Positions 35,849 through 44,000 of a stretch of 64,000 bases of DNA are shown here, one piece after another. The first letter of the stretch is position 1; each line of letters starts with the position of its first letter. The position numbers were made by a program, and so were the translations under genes. The stretch is from Rhizobiaceae bacterium. Lineage in GTDB: Bacteria > Pseudomonadota > Alphaproteobacteria > Rhizobiales > Rhizobiaceae. Below the pieces are notes generated by a model, which was given only the letters and a program-made list of their open reading frames with translations, searched no databases and was not told where the DNA came from. The stretch covers positions 87,871 through 151,870 of the forward strand of contig CBDFKB010000006.1 of the NCBI GenBank assembly GCA_965248715.1, in the 5' to 3' direction.

Positions 35849-37096
35849 TTATGTGCAAGCGCTAATTTGCTTAGCATGGGTCAGTGGCCGTGAGTGAGTG
35901 GCATTGCGACCAAGCTGCCCAAATAGGCGCTTCTTGCTTTTCTCCTTTGTCTGGCGTGTAGAGAATTGCAAAATCGAATAGCTTTTCAATCGCCGGTCGG
36001 TATCAGCTTCAAGGCCGGTAGCAATTTTTTCGGCAATTTCGCGATAGATGCGGGCATGCCGGCCGTCCGGTTGCGAGGTCACCACCGGAGTGCCAGCATC
36101 GGAATTGACGCGGATGTCGATATCAAGTGGCACCGCACCAAGAAATGGTAGGTCACGTTTTTCCGCTTCTTTGCGAGCACCACCATGGCCGAAAATATCA
36201 GTCTGCTCTCCGCATTTGGGGCAAATGAAGGTGCTCATATTTTCGACGATACCGAGCACCGGCACGTCGACCTGGGAAAACATGGCGATCCCGCGCCTGG
36301 CATCAATCAACGCCAAATCCTGCGGTGTCGACACGATCACAGCGCCGGCCAACGGCACGCTTTGCGCCATTGTCAGTTGTGCATCACCGGTACCAGGCGG
36401 CATGTCGGTCACCAAGATATCGATTTCGCCCCATTCGACCTCGCGCATCATTTGCGTGAGCGCCGACATTACCATCGGCCCGCGCCAGATCACCGGCGTG
36501 TCCTCATCGACCAGGAACCCGATCGACATCACCTTCAAGCCATGGCGCATGATCGGTTTCATACCGCCTTGCTCTCCCGGCTGCGGCCGTTCGGTGATGT
36601 TTAATAGCCGCGGCATAGACGGGCCGTAGATATCGGCGTCGAGCACCCCGACCCGCAACCCAAGCCCGGACAATGCCAGGGCCAGATTGACCGACGTTGT
36701 GGATTTTCCCACCCCGCCTTTGCCGGATGCCACGGCGATAATCTTTTTGATGCCTTCGACCGGCGCTTTGCGCGGCAGGCCGCCATGGGGTTTTCGGCCG
36801 GGTTCGACTTGCGGTGGACGTTGCGGTGCCGGGCTTTGACCGGGTTTGCGCTCTGCTGTCAACGCCACCATGACCGACGAAACCCCATCAAGTGCCATGA
36901 CCGCGTCTTGCGCCGCCTTTCTCAGCGATTCCATCGCCTGCGCCTTGTCGGCGGCAACGGTAATCGAGAACATGGCCTTGCCATCGGCGAGAAAAATATC
37001 CGACACCATGCCGGCGGCGACGATATCGGTTTCCCGATCCGGGCCGACCAGCTTCGAAAGCTGCTTGAGTATGTCGTCTTTATTGGCCGGCGCCAT
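35849..37096 (-). CDS. apbC: Mrp/NBP35 family iron-sulfur cluster carrier ATPase
   Basis: N-terminal DUF59-like domain, IIAVASGKGGVGKSTTSVNLALAL P-loop, CPKCG motif. About 50 aa of unusual basic C-terminal tail. Confidence 0.85.
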   Translation of the reverse strand: MAPANKDDILKQLSKLVGPDRETDIVAAGMVSDIFLADGKAMFSITVAADKAQAMESLRKAAQDAVMALDGVSSVMVALTAERKPGQSPAPQRPPQVEPGRKPHGGLPRKAPVEGIKKIIAVASGKGGVGKSTTSVNLALALSGLGLRVGVLDADIYGPSMPRLLNITERPQPGEQGGMKPIMRHGLKVMSIGFLVDEDTPVIWRGPMVMSALTQMMREVEWGEIDILVTDMPPGTGDAQLTMAQSVPLAGAVIVSTPQDLALIDARRGIAMFSQVDVPVLGIVENMSTFICPKCGEQTDIFGHGGARKEAEKRDLPFLGAVPLDIDIRVNSDAGTPVVTSQPDGRHARIYREIAEKIATGLEADTDRRLKSYSILQFSTRQTKEKSKKRLFGQLGRNATHSRPLTHAKQISACT

Positions 37097-37407
37097 GCCT
37101 TATTCCCAATCATGCCGCTTAGGGTGGCTTTCGACAAATATGAGCCTAAGCGCCGTAGACAAGGCGCGACGATACCGATTTGCCACCATGTGCGCCATTG
37201 CCGCATTAATCATCAACGAGTTGTTGTATCATTTGCGCGCAGACATTATGGACAAGTGCTTCTTGCGGCTGTAAAAGCCCGCGAGCCGAGCTGGCGTTGG
37301 TGCGCCCAAATAGGCGATGGCACGCAAGCGCTGTTCACGAACAAATCGGAAAATGTAGCCAGCCCGCGTTTCCCGAAAACCCGAACAAATTACATTGAGG
37401 TGCGATT

Positions 37408-37686
37408 GTGTCTACCACATTCGACAAAGTCGCGGATATCATTTCCGAGACAAGTGAAATTCCGCGTGAAGAGATTGGCCTCGAAAGCCATACCATCGAC
37501 GATCTGGGCATCGACAGCCTCGACTTCCTGGATATCGTGTTCGCAGTCGACAAGGAATTTTCGATCAAAATTCCGCTCGAAGCCTGGACCCAGGAAGTCA
37601 ATGATGGCAAAGCCTCGACAGAAGAATATTTTGTCATGAAAAATCTGTGCGCAAAAATCGACGAACTCGTAAAAGCCGCAGCTTGA
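37408..37686 (+). CDS. acpXL: specialised acyl carrier protein AcpXL
   Basis: 92 aa with the [21 protein letters not shown] phosphopantetheine site. First gene of the conserved acpXL-lpxXL cluster. Confidence 0.85.
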   Translation: MSTTFDKVADIISETSEIPREEIGLESHTIDDLGIDSLDFLDIVFAVDKEFSIKIPLEAWTQEVNDGKASTEEYFVMKNLCAKIDELVKAAA

Positions 37687-37727
37687 TCGTCTGATGGCGT
37701 TTGGGGCATTCGGCGCTGCAGGCATCC

Positions 37728-38192
37728 ATGCGGCTTGAATATTTTTTGATGATCGACCGGGTCGAGGAATTGGACTTGGACAACGGTTTTTTGCGGACAT
37801 CTTCCACGGTGCCGCAAGAAAGTACTGTTTTTGAGGGGCACTTTCCCGATTATCCGTTGGTGCCAGGGGTTTTGTTGATCGAGACCATGGCCCAGGCTTC
37901 GGGCATCTTGATGCTTTACCACAAAGACTATCGACGCATGCCCTTATTGGCCGGCGTCAAAGATGCCAAGATCCGCGATTTCATCCGCCCCAACGCCCGC
38001 CTTGCGGTCGAGGTTCGTTTAGAACACGACGGATCCGGTTTTGCGATTGTAAAGACCATCATGCGTTGCGATGGCAAGCGGGTCGCCAATGCGCTATTGA
38101 CCATGACCGAGATCGAATGGCCGTTTCCTCAGTTCAAGCAGGACATCCGCGACAAGGTCGAAGGGTTGTTCGACGGCATACCAATCGCATAG
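37728..38192 (+). CDS. fabZXL: 3-hydroxyacyl-ACP dehydratase (FabZ-like, FabZXL)
   Basis: FEGHFPDYPLVPGVLLIETMAQ hotdog active-site motif. Confidence 0.8.
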   Translation: MRLEYFLMIDRVEELDLDNGFLRTSSTVPQESTVFEGHFPDYPLVPGVLLIETMAQASGILMLYHKDYRRMPLLAGVKDAKIRDFIRPNARLAVEVRLEHDGSGFAIVKTIMRCDGKRVANALLTMTEIEWPFPQFKQDIRDKVEGLFDGIPIA

Positions 38193-38266
38193 ACATGCGC
38201 CATGGCCGCGATTAACACAAACATTTGCCTGCCACATGGTGTGGTAATTGGAATTTTGGAGCCCGC

Positions 38267-39466
38267 ATGTCCACTGCGATAGAAGTTTGGATCACCGGCA
38301 TTGGCCTCGTGTCATCGCACGGCGAGGGCGTGGAAGCCAATTGGCAGGCGTTAACCGCGATTGATCCGCAACCGGTGCTCGACCGCGAGAATTTCGCCCC
38401 CTACACCGTACACCCGATGCCGCAGATCGACTGGTCGGGACAGATCGCGCGTCGTGGCGACCAACGGCAGATGGAAAACTGGCAACGTCTGGGTACTTAT
38501 GCCGCCGGCCTGGCGCTGGACGATGCCGGTATGAAGGGCAACGCGGAAATTTGCGCCTCCATGGACCTGGTGGTAGCTGCCGGCAGCGGCGAGCGCGATG
38601 TCGAGACCGACGCCTCGATCCTCGAAGAAGCCAAGACCAGAAACGACCGCGACCAATTAATCAATGACCGGTTGCAGAACGATCTGCGCCCGACCCTGTT
38701 TTTGGCCCAATTGTCCAACCTGCTGGCCGGCAATATTTCGATTGTCCACAAGGTCACCGGCTCTTCGCGCACCTATATGGGTGAGGAAAACGCCGGAACC
38801 TCGGCAATCGAAAACGCCCTGTCGCGGATCGCCAGTGGCCAGAGTGACCATTTGCTGGTCGGTTCGGCTTATAATTCGGAACGCTGGGATTTGCTGCTGC
38901 CGTTCGAACTCGGCCACTACATGATGCGCGGAGATTTCGCCGACGTGTGGTCGAGAAAAGGCGAAAATGAGGGCATGGCACTCGGTTGTGTCGGTGTGTT
39001 CCTGGTGCTGGAAAGCGCTGAACATGCCATGGAGCGCGGCGCAAAACCCTATGCCAAACTAACTTCCGCCGGCTCTAGTCTTGGTAGCCGCGAGCCGGGT
39101 GAGACCACGAAACGGGTTTCCCAGCTAATGGATCAGCAAAATGTTCCTAGCGCCAGCGACGGCCTGGCAGTGGTTTCTGGTGCCAGCGGTATGCAGGCGA
39201 TTTCCGCAGAAGAACGGCAATTATTGCAACAACGGTTCGGCGACAATGTGCCGGTCCGCGGATTTTGCACCATGACAGGACACACGATGGAAGGTAACTT
39301 CCCGTTGGGAATAGCCCTGGCCGCGATCGCGATCAGCAAAGGCGGATTTTATCCACCGTTCGCGTCCGGTCAAGAAATTCCCGCCACCGCCGCACCTACG
39401 TCAATATTGATCACCAATTTCAGCCATTGGAAGGGTGAAGGGGTGGGATTGGTCGAACAAGTTTAG
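38267..39466 (+). CDS. fabF2XL: beta-ketoacyl-ACP synthase-like protein lacking the active-site Cys (FabF2XL-type)
   Basis: KS fold. The position of the TACxSG motif reads MGEENAG, so no nucleophilic Cys is present. Position in the cluster also supports the call. Confidence 0.75.
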   Translation: MSTAIEVWITGIGLVSSHGEGVEANWQALTAIDPQPVLDRENFAPYTVHPMPQIDWSGQIARRGDQRQMENWQRLGTYAAGLALDDAGMKGNAEICASMDLVVAAGSGERDVETDASILEEAKTRNDRDQLINDRLQNDLRPTLFLAQLSNLLAGNISIVHKVTGSSRTYMGEENAGTSAIENALSRIASGQSDHLLVGSAYNSERWDLLLPFELGHYMMRGDFADVWSRKGENEGMALGCVGVFLVLESAEHAMERGAKPYAKLTSAGSSLGSREPGETTKRVSQLMDQQNVPSASDGLAVVSGASGMQAISAEERQLLQQRFGDNVPVRGFCTMTGHTMEGNFPLGIALAAIAISKGGFYPPFASGQEIPATAAPTSILITNFSHWKGEGVGLVEQV

Positions 39467-39506
39467 GCCGGATCGCCAACCGCTCGCACAAAATAGGAGA
39501 AACTGC

Positions 39507-40763
39507 ATGTCGAAACCGATCAGGGATCACATGAACCGCATTCCGGTAGCAATAACCGGCATGGGCGTGGTTTCGTCCTTGGGGCGGGGCAAACAAGACA
39601 ATTGGCGTGCGCTGACCCGTGGCCAGTCGGGGGTGCACCACATTACCCGCTTTGCGACCGACGGGTTGCGTACCCGCATTGCCGGCACTGTCGATTTCAT
39701 GGACGTGCCGGAACTGTCGGCGCCATGCATCTCCCACGCGATGGCGGACGCAACAACAGAAGAAGCGTTGGCCGAAGCCGGTTATGGACGGGACGGGTTT
39801 CCCGGGCCGCTGTTTTTCGCCGCGCCACCGGTTGAGGTCGAATGGCAGCACCGCTTTGCGCTTTCCGACCAGGAGACGCAAGATGGTTTTGAGGGCTACC
39901 CACGCATGCTGGCCGCTGCCCGCGCCAAGCGCGATGGCGATCTTTACGCCCGGGTTCAACTTGGCAACATCGCCTATCAGATCGCTGAGACCTATGGCAC
40001 CAAGGGTCTGCCGATTTCCCTGACCACAGCTTGTGCATCTGGTGCTACCGCGATCCAGCACGGCATCGAGGCAATCAGGCGTGGCGATACCGATGCCGCA
40101 CTTTGCGTCGCCTCGGACGGTTCGGTAAACGCGGAAGGGCTGATCCGGTTTTCGCTACTTTCAGCGCTGACCAGGCAAAACGACGCGCCGGAAAAAGCCT
40201 CGAAGCCATTTTCCAAAGACCGGGACGGTTTTGTTATGTCGGAAGGCTCGGCAGCGATCGTGTTGGAATCGCTTGACCACGCCAAGGCGCGCGGTGCCAA
40301 TATTCTCGGCATCGTACGTGGCGTCAGCGAGGCTGCCGATGATTTTCACCGTACCCGCTCGAAACCGGACGGTTCGCCGATCATCGCCGCGATCCGCCTG
40401 GCGATGGATGATGCCGGCATTTCGTGTGGCGATATCGACTATATCAATGCCCACGGCACCAGCACGCCGGAAAACGACCGCATGGAATATCACTCGCTGC
40501 ATGAAGTATTCGGCGATGCGATTTCCTCGATCCCGATTTCGTCGAACAAATCCATGGTCGGCCACACCTTGACCGCCGGTGGCATGATCGAGGCGGTATA
40601 TTCCACCATGACCATGCAGTCTGGCACGATCCCGCCGACGATCAACTATAACCATCCCGACCCGACATTCCGCTCGACGTTGTGCCCAATGTTAAACGGG
40701 ATGCGGAAGTTGGCACCATATTGTCGAATTCGTTCGGATTTGGCGGCCAAAACGCCTGTTTAA
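39507..40763 (+). CDS. fabF1XL: beta-ketoacyl-ACP synthase II (FabF1XL-type); C-terminal 40 codons out of frame because of an apparent 1-nt deletion near 40664
   Basis: [12 protein letters not shown] (Cys), [11 protein letters not shown] (His) and [14 protein letters not shown] (His) are present. After NYNHPDP the canonical end [40 protein letters not shown] appears only in the +1 frame, which ends at 40786. Confidence 0.8.
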   Translation: MSKPIRDHMNRIPVAITGMGVVSSLGRGKQDNWRALTRGQSGVHHITRFATDGLRTRIAGTVDFMDVPELSAPCISHAMADATTEEALAEAGYGRDGFPGPLFFAAPPVEVEWQHRFALSDQETQDGFEGYPRMLAAARAKRDGDLYARVQLGNIAYQIAETYGTKGLPISLTTACASGATAIQHGIEAIRRGDTDAALCVASDGSVNAEGLIRFSLLSALTRQNDAPEKASKPFSKDRDGFVMSEGSAAIVLESLDHAKARGANILGIVRGVSEAADDFHRTRSKPDGSPIIAAIRLAMDDAGISCGDIDYINAHGTSTPENDRMEYHSLHEVFGDAISSIPISSNKSMVGHTLTAGGMIEAVYSTMTMQSGTIPPTINYNHPDPTFRSTLCPMLNGMRKLAPYCRIRSDLAAKTPV

Positions 40764-40838
40764 TCATTGGCAATCAACCTGCCTGATCTACCGGTTCCCG
40801 CCGGGACGTTCCGGCCAGTTTAATTCTTGGAGGCAATC

Positions 40839-41867
40839 GTGCGCGCGCTTCAGCTTGTGTCCGAAAGACATGTGGAAGTCAGGGATGTGCCAGCCCCACC
40901 GCCACCCGGCGAAGGCGAGGTGCAGCTAAAAATACGCGTGGTCGCGCTCAACCACATCGATGTGTGGGGTTGGCGTGGCATGGCGTTTGCCAAACGTAAA
41001 TTACCGATGACCGTGGGTGCCGAAGCGAGCGGCGAGATTGCCGCCATCGGCCCCAATGTCACCGGGCTAAAGACCGGACAATTGGTTTCGATTTTTGGCG
41101 GTCCGACCTGCGGGCTGTGCCGGCAATGCCGCCAAGGTCATGACAATTTGTGCGAACAGCCGCTTGGTGTGCACGGATTTCACCTCGATGGGTATGCGCG
41201 CGACCTCGCCAACATGCCAGCTCGCAATTGCGTCCCGGCGCCGCCAGGGGTTGACGCGATCGGCGCGGCGCTGGCCCCGGTCACCTTTGGTACTGTCGAA
41301 CATATGTTGTTCGACAATGCTTTGCTGCAGCCTGGCGAAACCATTCTTATCCATGCTGGCGGCAGCGGTATTGGATCAGCCGCGATCCAGCTTGCCAAAC
41401 GCCATGGTTGTCGGGTGATCACCACCGTTGGCTCCGATGCCAAGATTGATGGCTGCATCGAACTCGGCGCCGACCACGTGATCAATTATCGCGACGACCG
41501 GTTTGAGGGGGTGACCCGCAAGCTGACCCGCAAGAAAGGGGTCGATGTGGTGTTCGAACATGTTGGCGCCGATACGTGGGCCGGTTCCATGCTGTGTATG
41601 AAAAAGGGCGGGCGGTTGGTCACCTGCGGCTCGACCAGTGGGGTTTCGGCCCAGATCAATTTGATGATGCTGTTCCAGCAGCAATTGCGCCTGATCGGCT
41701 CATTTGGCTGCAACCGTCGCAACATGGCCGACGCGATGGAAAAGATGGCACGCGGCCTGGTCAAACCGGTGGTCGACACTGAGCTTGAGTTTGGCGATCT
41801 GGCGAAGGCGCTGGAGCGCATGGAAAACCGTCAAGTGTTCGGCAAAATCGTCATGCACGTAGCGTAA
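40839..41867 (+). CDS. zinc-type alcohol dehydrogenase/quinone oxidoreductase family protein (acpXL-cluster ADH)
   Basis: GAEASGEIAAIGPNV..., HAGGSGIGSAAIQLAK Rossmann motif. I prefer the GTG at 40839, 5 nt after GGAGG. Confidence 0.85.
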   Translation: MRALQLVSERHVEVRDVPAPPPPGEGEVQLKIRVVALNHIDVWGWRGMAFAKRKLPMTVGAEASGEIAAIGPNVTGLKTGQLVSIFGGPTCGLCRQCRQGHDNLCEQPLGVHGFHLDGYARDLANMPARNCVPAPPGVDAIGAALAPVTFGTVEHMLFDNALLQPGETILIHAGGSGIGSAAIQLAKRHGCRVITTVGSDAKIDGCIELGADHVINYRDDRFEGVTRKLTRKKGVDVVFEHVGADTWAGSMLCMKKGGRLVTCGSTSGVSAQINLMMLFQQQLRLIGSFGCNRRNMADAMEKMARGLVKPVVDTELEFGDLAKALERMENRQVFGKIVMHVA

Positions 41868-41903
41868 TACCAAATCGGCCAATATCCAGGTCCTTTGGTA
41901 TAA
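41865..41903. repeat. collapsed copy of the 26-bp TIR family (short left arm plus degenerate full right arm)
   Basis: TAATACCAAA-N17-CCTTTGGTATAA. The right arm GCCAATATCCAGGTCCTTTGGTATAA matches the reverse-complement TIR at 18/26. Ends 18 nt before the lpxXL ATG. Confidence 0.5.
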
Positions 41904-41921
41904 CCGGAGAGTTTTTCGCCA

Positions 41922-42914
41922 ATGGCAACCGCCCGTTCGATCCTCACCCGCGCCTATGTGCTTGGCCGCAATGGCAAAGACTGGGTGATTGCAAAAATCG
42001 TCTTCGCCGTGCTCGATCTATTGAAGTTGTTGCCGGCCAATGCAGCAATTGATTTTACCGAAATGGCCGGGCGGCGGATCGGCATGTTGTTGCCGCGTAC
42101 CAAGCAGGCGCGGGTCAACATCAAAGCAAGTTTTCCCGAAAAGAGCGCCAGGGAAATTGACACGATCCTGCGCGAAATGTGGGGCAGTTTGAGCCGGACG
42201 GCGGCAGAATATAATTACCTCGACAAGATTTTTGACTTCGACTATCGCAACCCGGACCAGGGCCGATTCGAGATCGCCGGTTCCGATATTTTCGCCTCAC
42301 TTATCGATGACGGCAAACCGGCGGTGTTTTTTACCTCCCATACCGCGAACTGGGAAATCCTGCCCGTGGGCGCGATGGCGTATGGGGTAGAGATCACCGC
42401 ATTATTTCGCCCGCCCAACAATCGCTACATTGCAAAACGGCTGCTGGCGGCGCGGCGCACGAAAATGGGTCACCTGGTGCCGTCGAAGGCTGGCGCTTCG
42501 TGGGCGCTTGCAGATGTGTTGGAAAAGAACGGCAAGGTCGGGGTTCTGGTCGACCAATATTTCCACCGCAAACGCGGCACAAGAATCGATTTTCTCGGCC
42601 GTATTACCTACGCCAACCCGTTACTCGGAAAATTGGTGCGCCATTTCGATTGCCCGGTCTATCCAGCAAGATGTATTCGCTTACCCGGCGGGCGGTTTCG
42701 ACTGGAACTACAACCGGCGATCGACGTTCCACGTAAACCCGATGGCAGCGTTGACGCCAATGCACTAACGCAGAAAGTCAATGACGTCGTTGCCCAATGG
42801 GTTGCCGAATATCCAGGACAATGGCTATGGCTGCATAATCGCTGGCGCTACCGGCCGAGCGACCGGCCGGAAGACATCTACGCCAGCCCGGATCGCAGCA
42901 CCGTCAGTTTGTGA
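41922..42914 (+). CDS. lpxXL: lipid A very-long-chain acyltransferase (LpxXL; HtrB/MsbB family)
   Basis: 330 aa LpxL-family acyltransferase (FFTSHTANWE with catalytic His), terminal gene of the acpXL cluster. Confidence 0.8.
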   Translation: MATARSILTRAYVLGRNGKDWVIAKIVFAVLDLLKLLPANAAIDFTEMAGRRIGMLLPRTKQARVNIKASFPEKSAREIDTILREMWGSLSRTAAEYNYLDKIFDFDYRNPDQGRFEIAGSDIFASLIDDGKPAVFFTSHTANWEILPVGAMAYGVEITALFRPPNNRYIAKRLLAARRTKMGHLVPSKAGASWALADVLEKNGKVGVLVDQYFHRKRGTRIDFLGRITYANPLLGKLVRHFDCPVYPARCIRLPGGRFRLELQPAIDVPRKPDGSVDANALTQKVNDVVAQWVAEYPGQWLWLHNRWRYRPSDRPEDIYASPDRSTVSL

Positions 42915-43341
42915 TTTTGATCCGCACATTGCCCGGCCCGACCCGTTGGGCCAACTTGAATAATGTACGTGCATGGTTTGGATGCAACCGAACGCAGCCA
43001 TGGGACGCTGGCCGGCCAAGGTTCTTGATGTGGGGCGTGCCGTGGATGGCATAACCACCGTAGAAGAATATCGAGTGTGGCATCGGGGCCATATTGTATT
43101 TGCGTGAATACCACATTTGATGCATGCGGACCGGACGGTAACTGCCGCGCGGGGTGTGATATTTCCCGCGGCCGCTGGAAATTTTCCACACATGTTTTAA
43201 GCGGCCATTGCTGTAGATGCGCATTTTTTGTTCGGAAATATCGATCCGCGCTTCCACCGCCGCGGCAGCCGCGATCGATGGGGTTAATATCGAAAACGCA
43301 AATGCGAGAGAAAATCCCGCTATGGCAATAAAATTACGCAT
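42904..43341 (-). CDS. L,D-transpeptidase (YkuD) family protein
   Basis: Signal peptide, then YAIHGTP...SHGCVRL catalytic His/Cys motif. Confidence 0.85.
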   Translation of the reverse strand: MRNFIAIAGFSLAFAFSILTPSIAAAAAVEARIDISEQKMRIYSNGRLKHVWKISSGRGKYHTPRGSYRPVRMHQMWYSRKYNMAPMPHSIFFYGGYAIHGTPHIKNLGRPASHGCVRLHPNHARTLFKLAQRVGPGNVRIKITN

Positions 43342-44000
43342 TTCCTACTCCCAACCATACTGAACTCTCGCACCATCCAAGTGCTGTCGAAATTTACCGC
43401 TCCAGAAACTCATACAATATTGCCGTCCAACAATCCATCTCCATCACGGATCAGTATTCGGGCATCAAGGCATTGTGAATATGGCTCCTGTTAGGACCTG
43501 TGGATAAATCATCCGCAGGCACCGAACGCCGAACCACGAAATGCGACCGCCCCTGACAGCCTGGTGGCGCAGTTGTAATATCGCTTTGGGGGAGAGATCA
43601 TACCAATGGTGGGAACGGGCCAGCGGCCCCAACCAGGGCACCGGATATCGGCCAAAATACCCATGGCCGATACCCGGTGCGATACTGGAGGTCGATCCGT
43701 TCCCAATACGCAGGGAAATGTCCCGGTACGCAATACCTTTTCCGGGCCAGCCGGCGGTAGATCATTCCGCCGCGCCAGCAAGGTTTATGCCGATAACGTA
43801 AACAGGGCGCTAAGATTGGGTTTCCGTAGGGTTAATTTTGCGCTTTTTTTCAACGAGATGCGCGCCGATTTGATACACATGCATACGGCAAGCTCTGATT
43901 TCAAAAGTGTTTTGGCCCGCCCAATTGTGGAGCAGTAAATATTGTCCCGACCGTCGCTGATGCGACTGATAGAGAATTGACTGTATTTTTCCCCAGGCCC

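Noticed and set aside
36785-37639. 284-aa plus-strand ORF spanning the apbC 5' end and acpXL
   Set aside because: It overlaps the well-supported apbC gene on the opposite strand and acpXL in another frame. No motifs.
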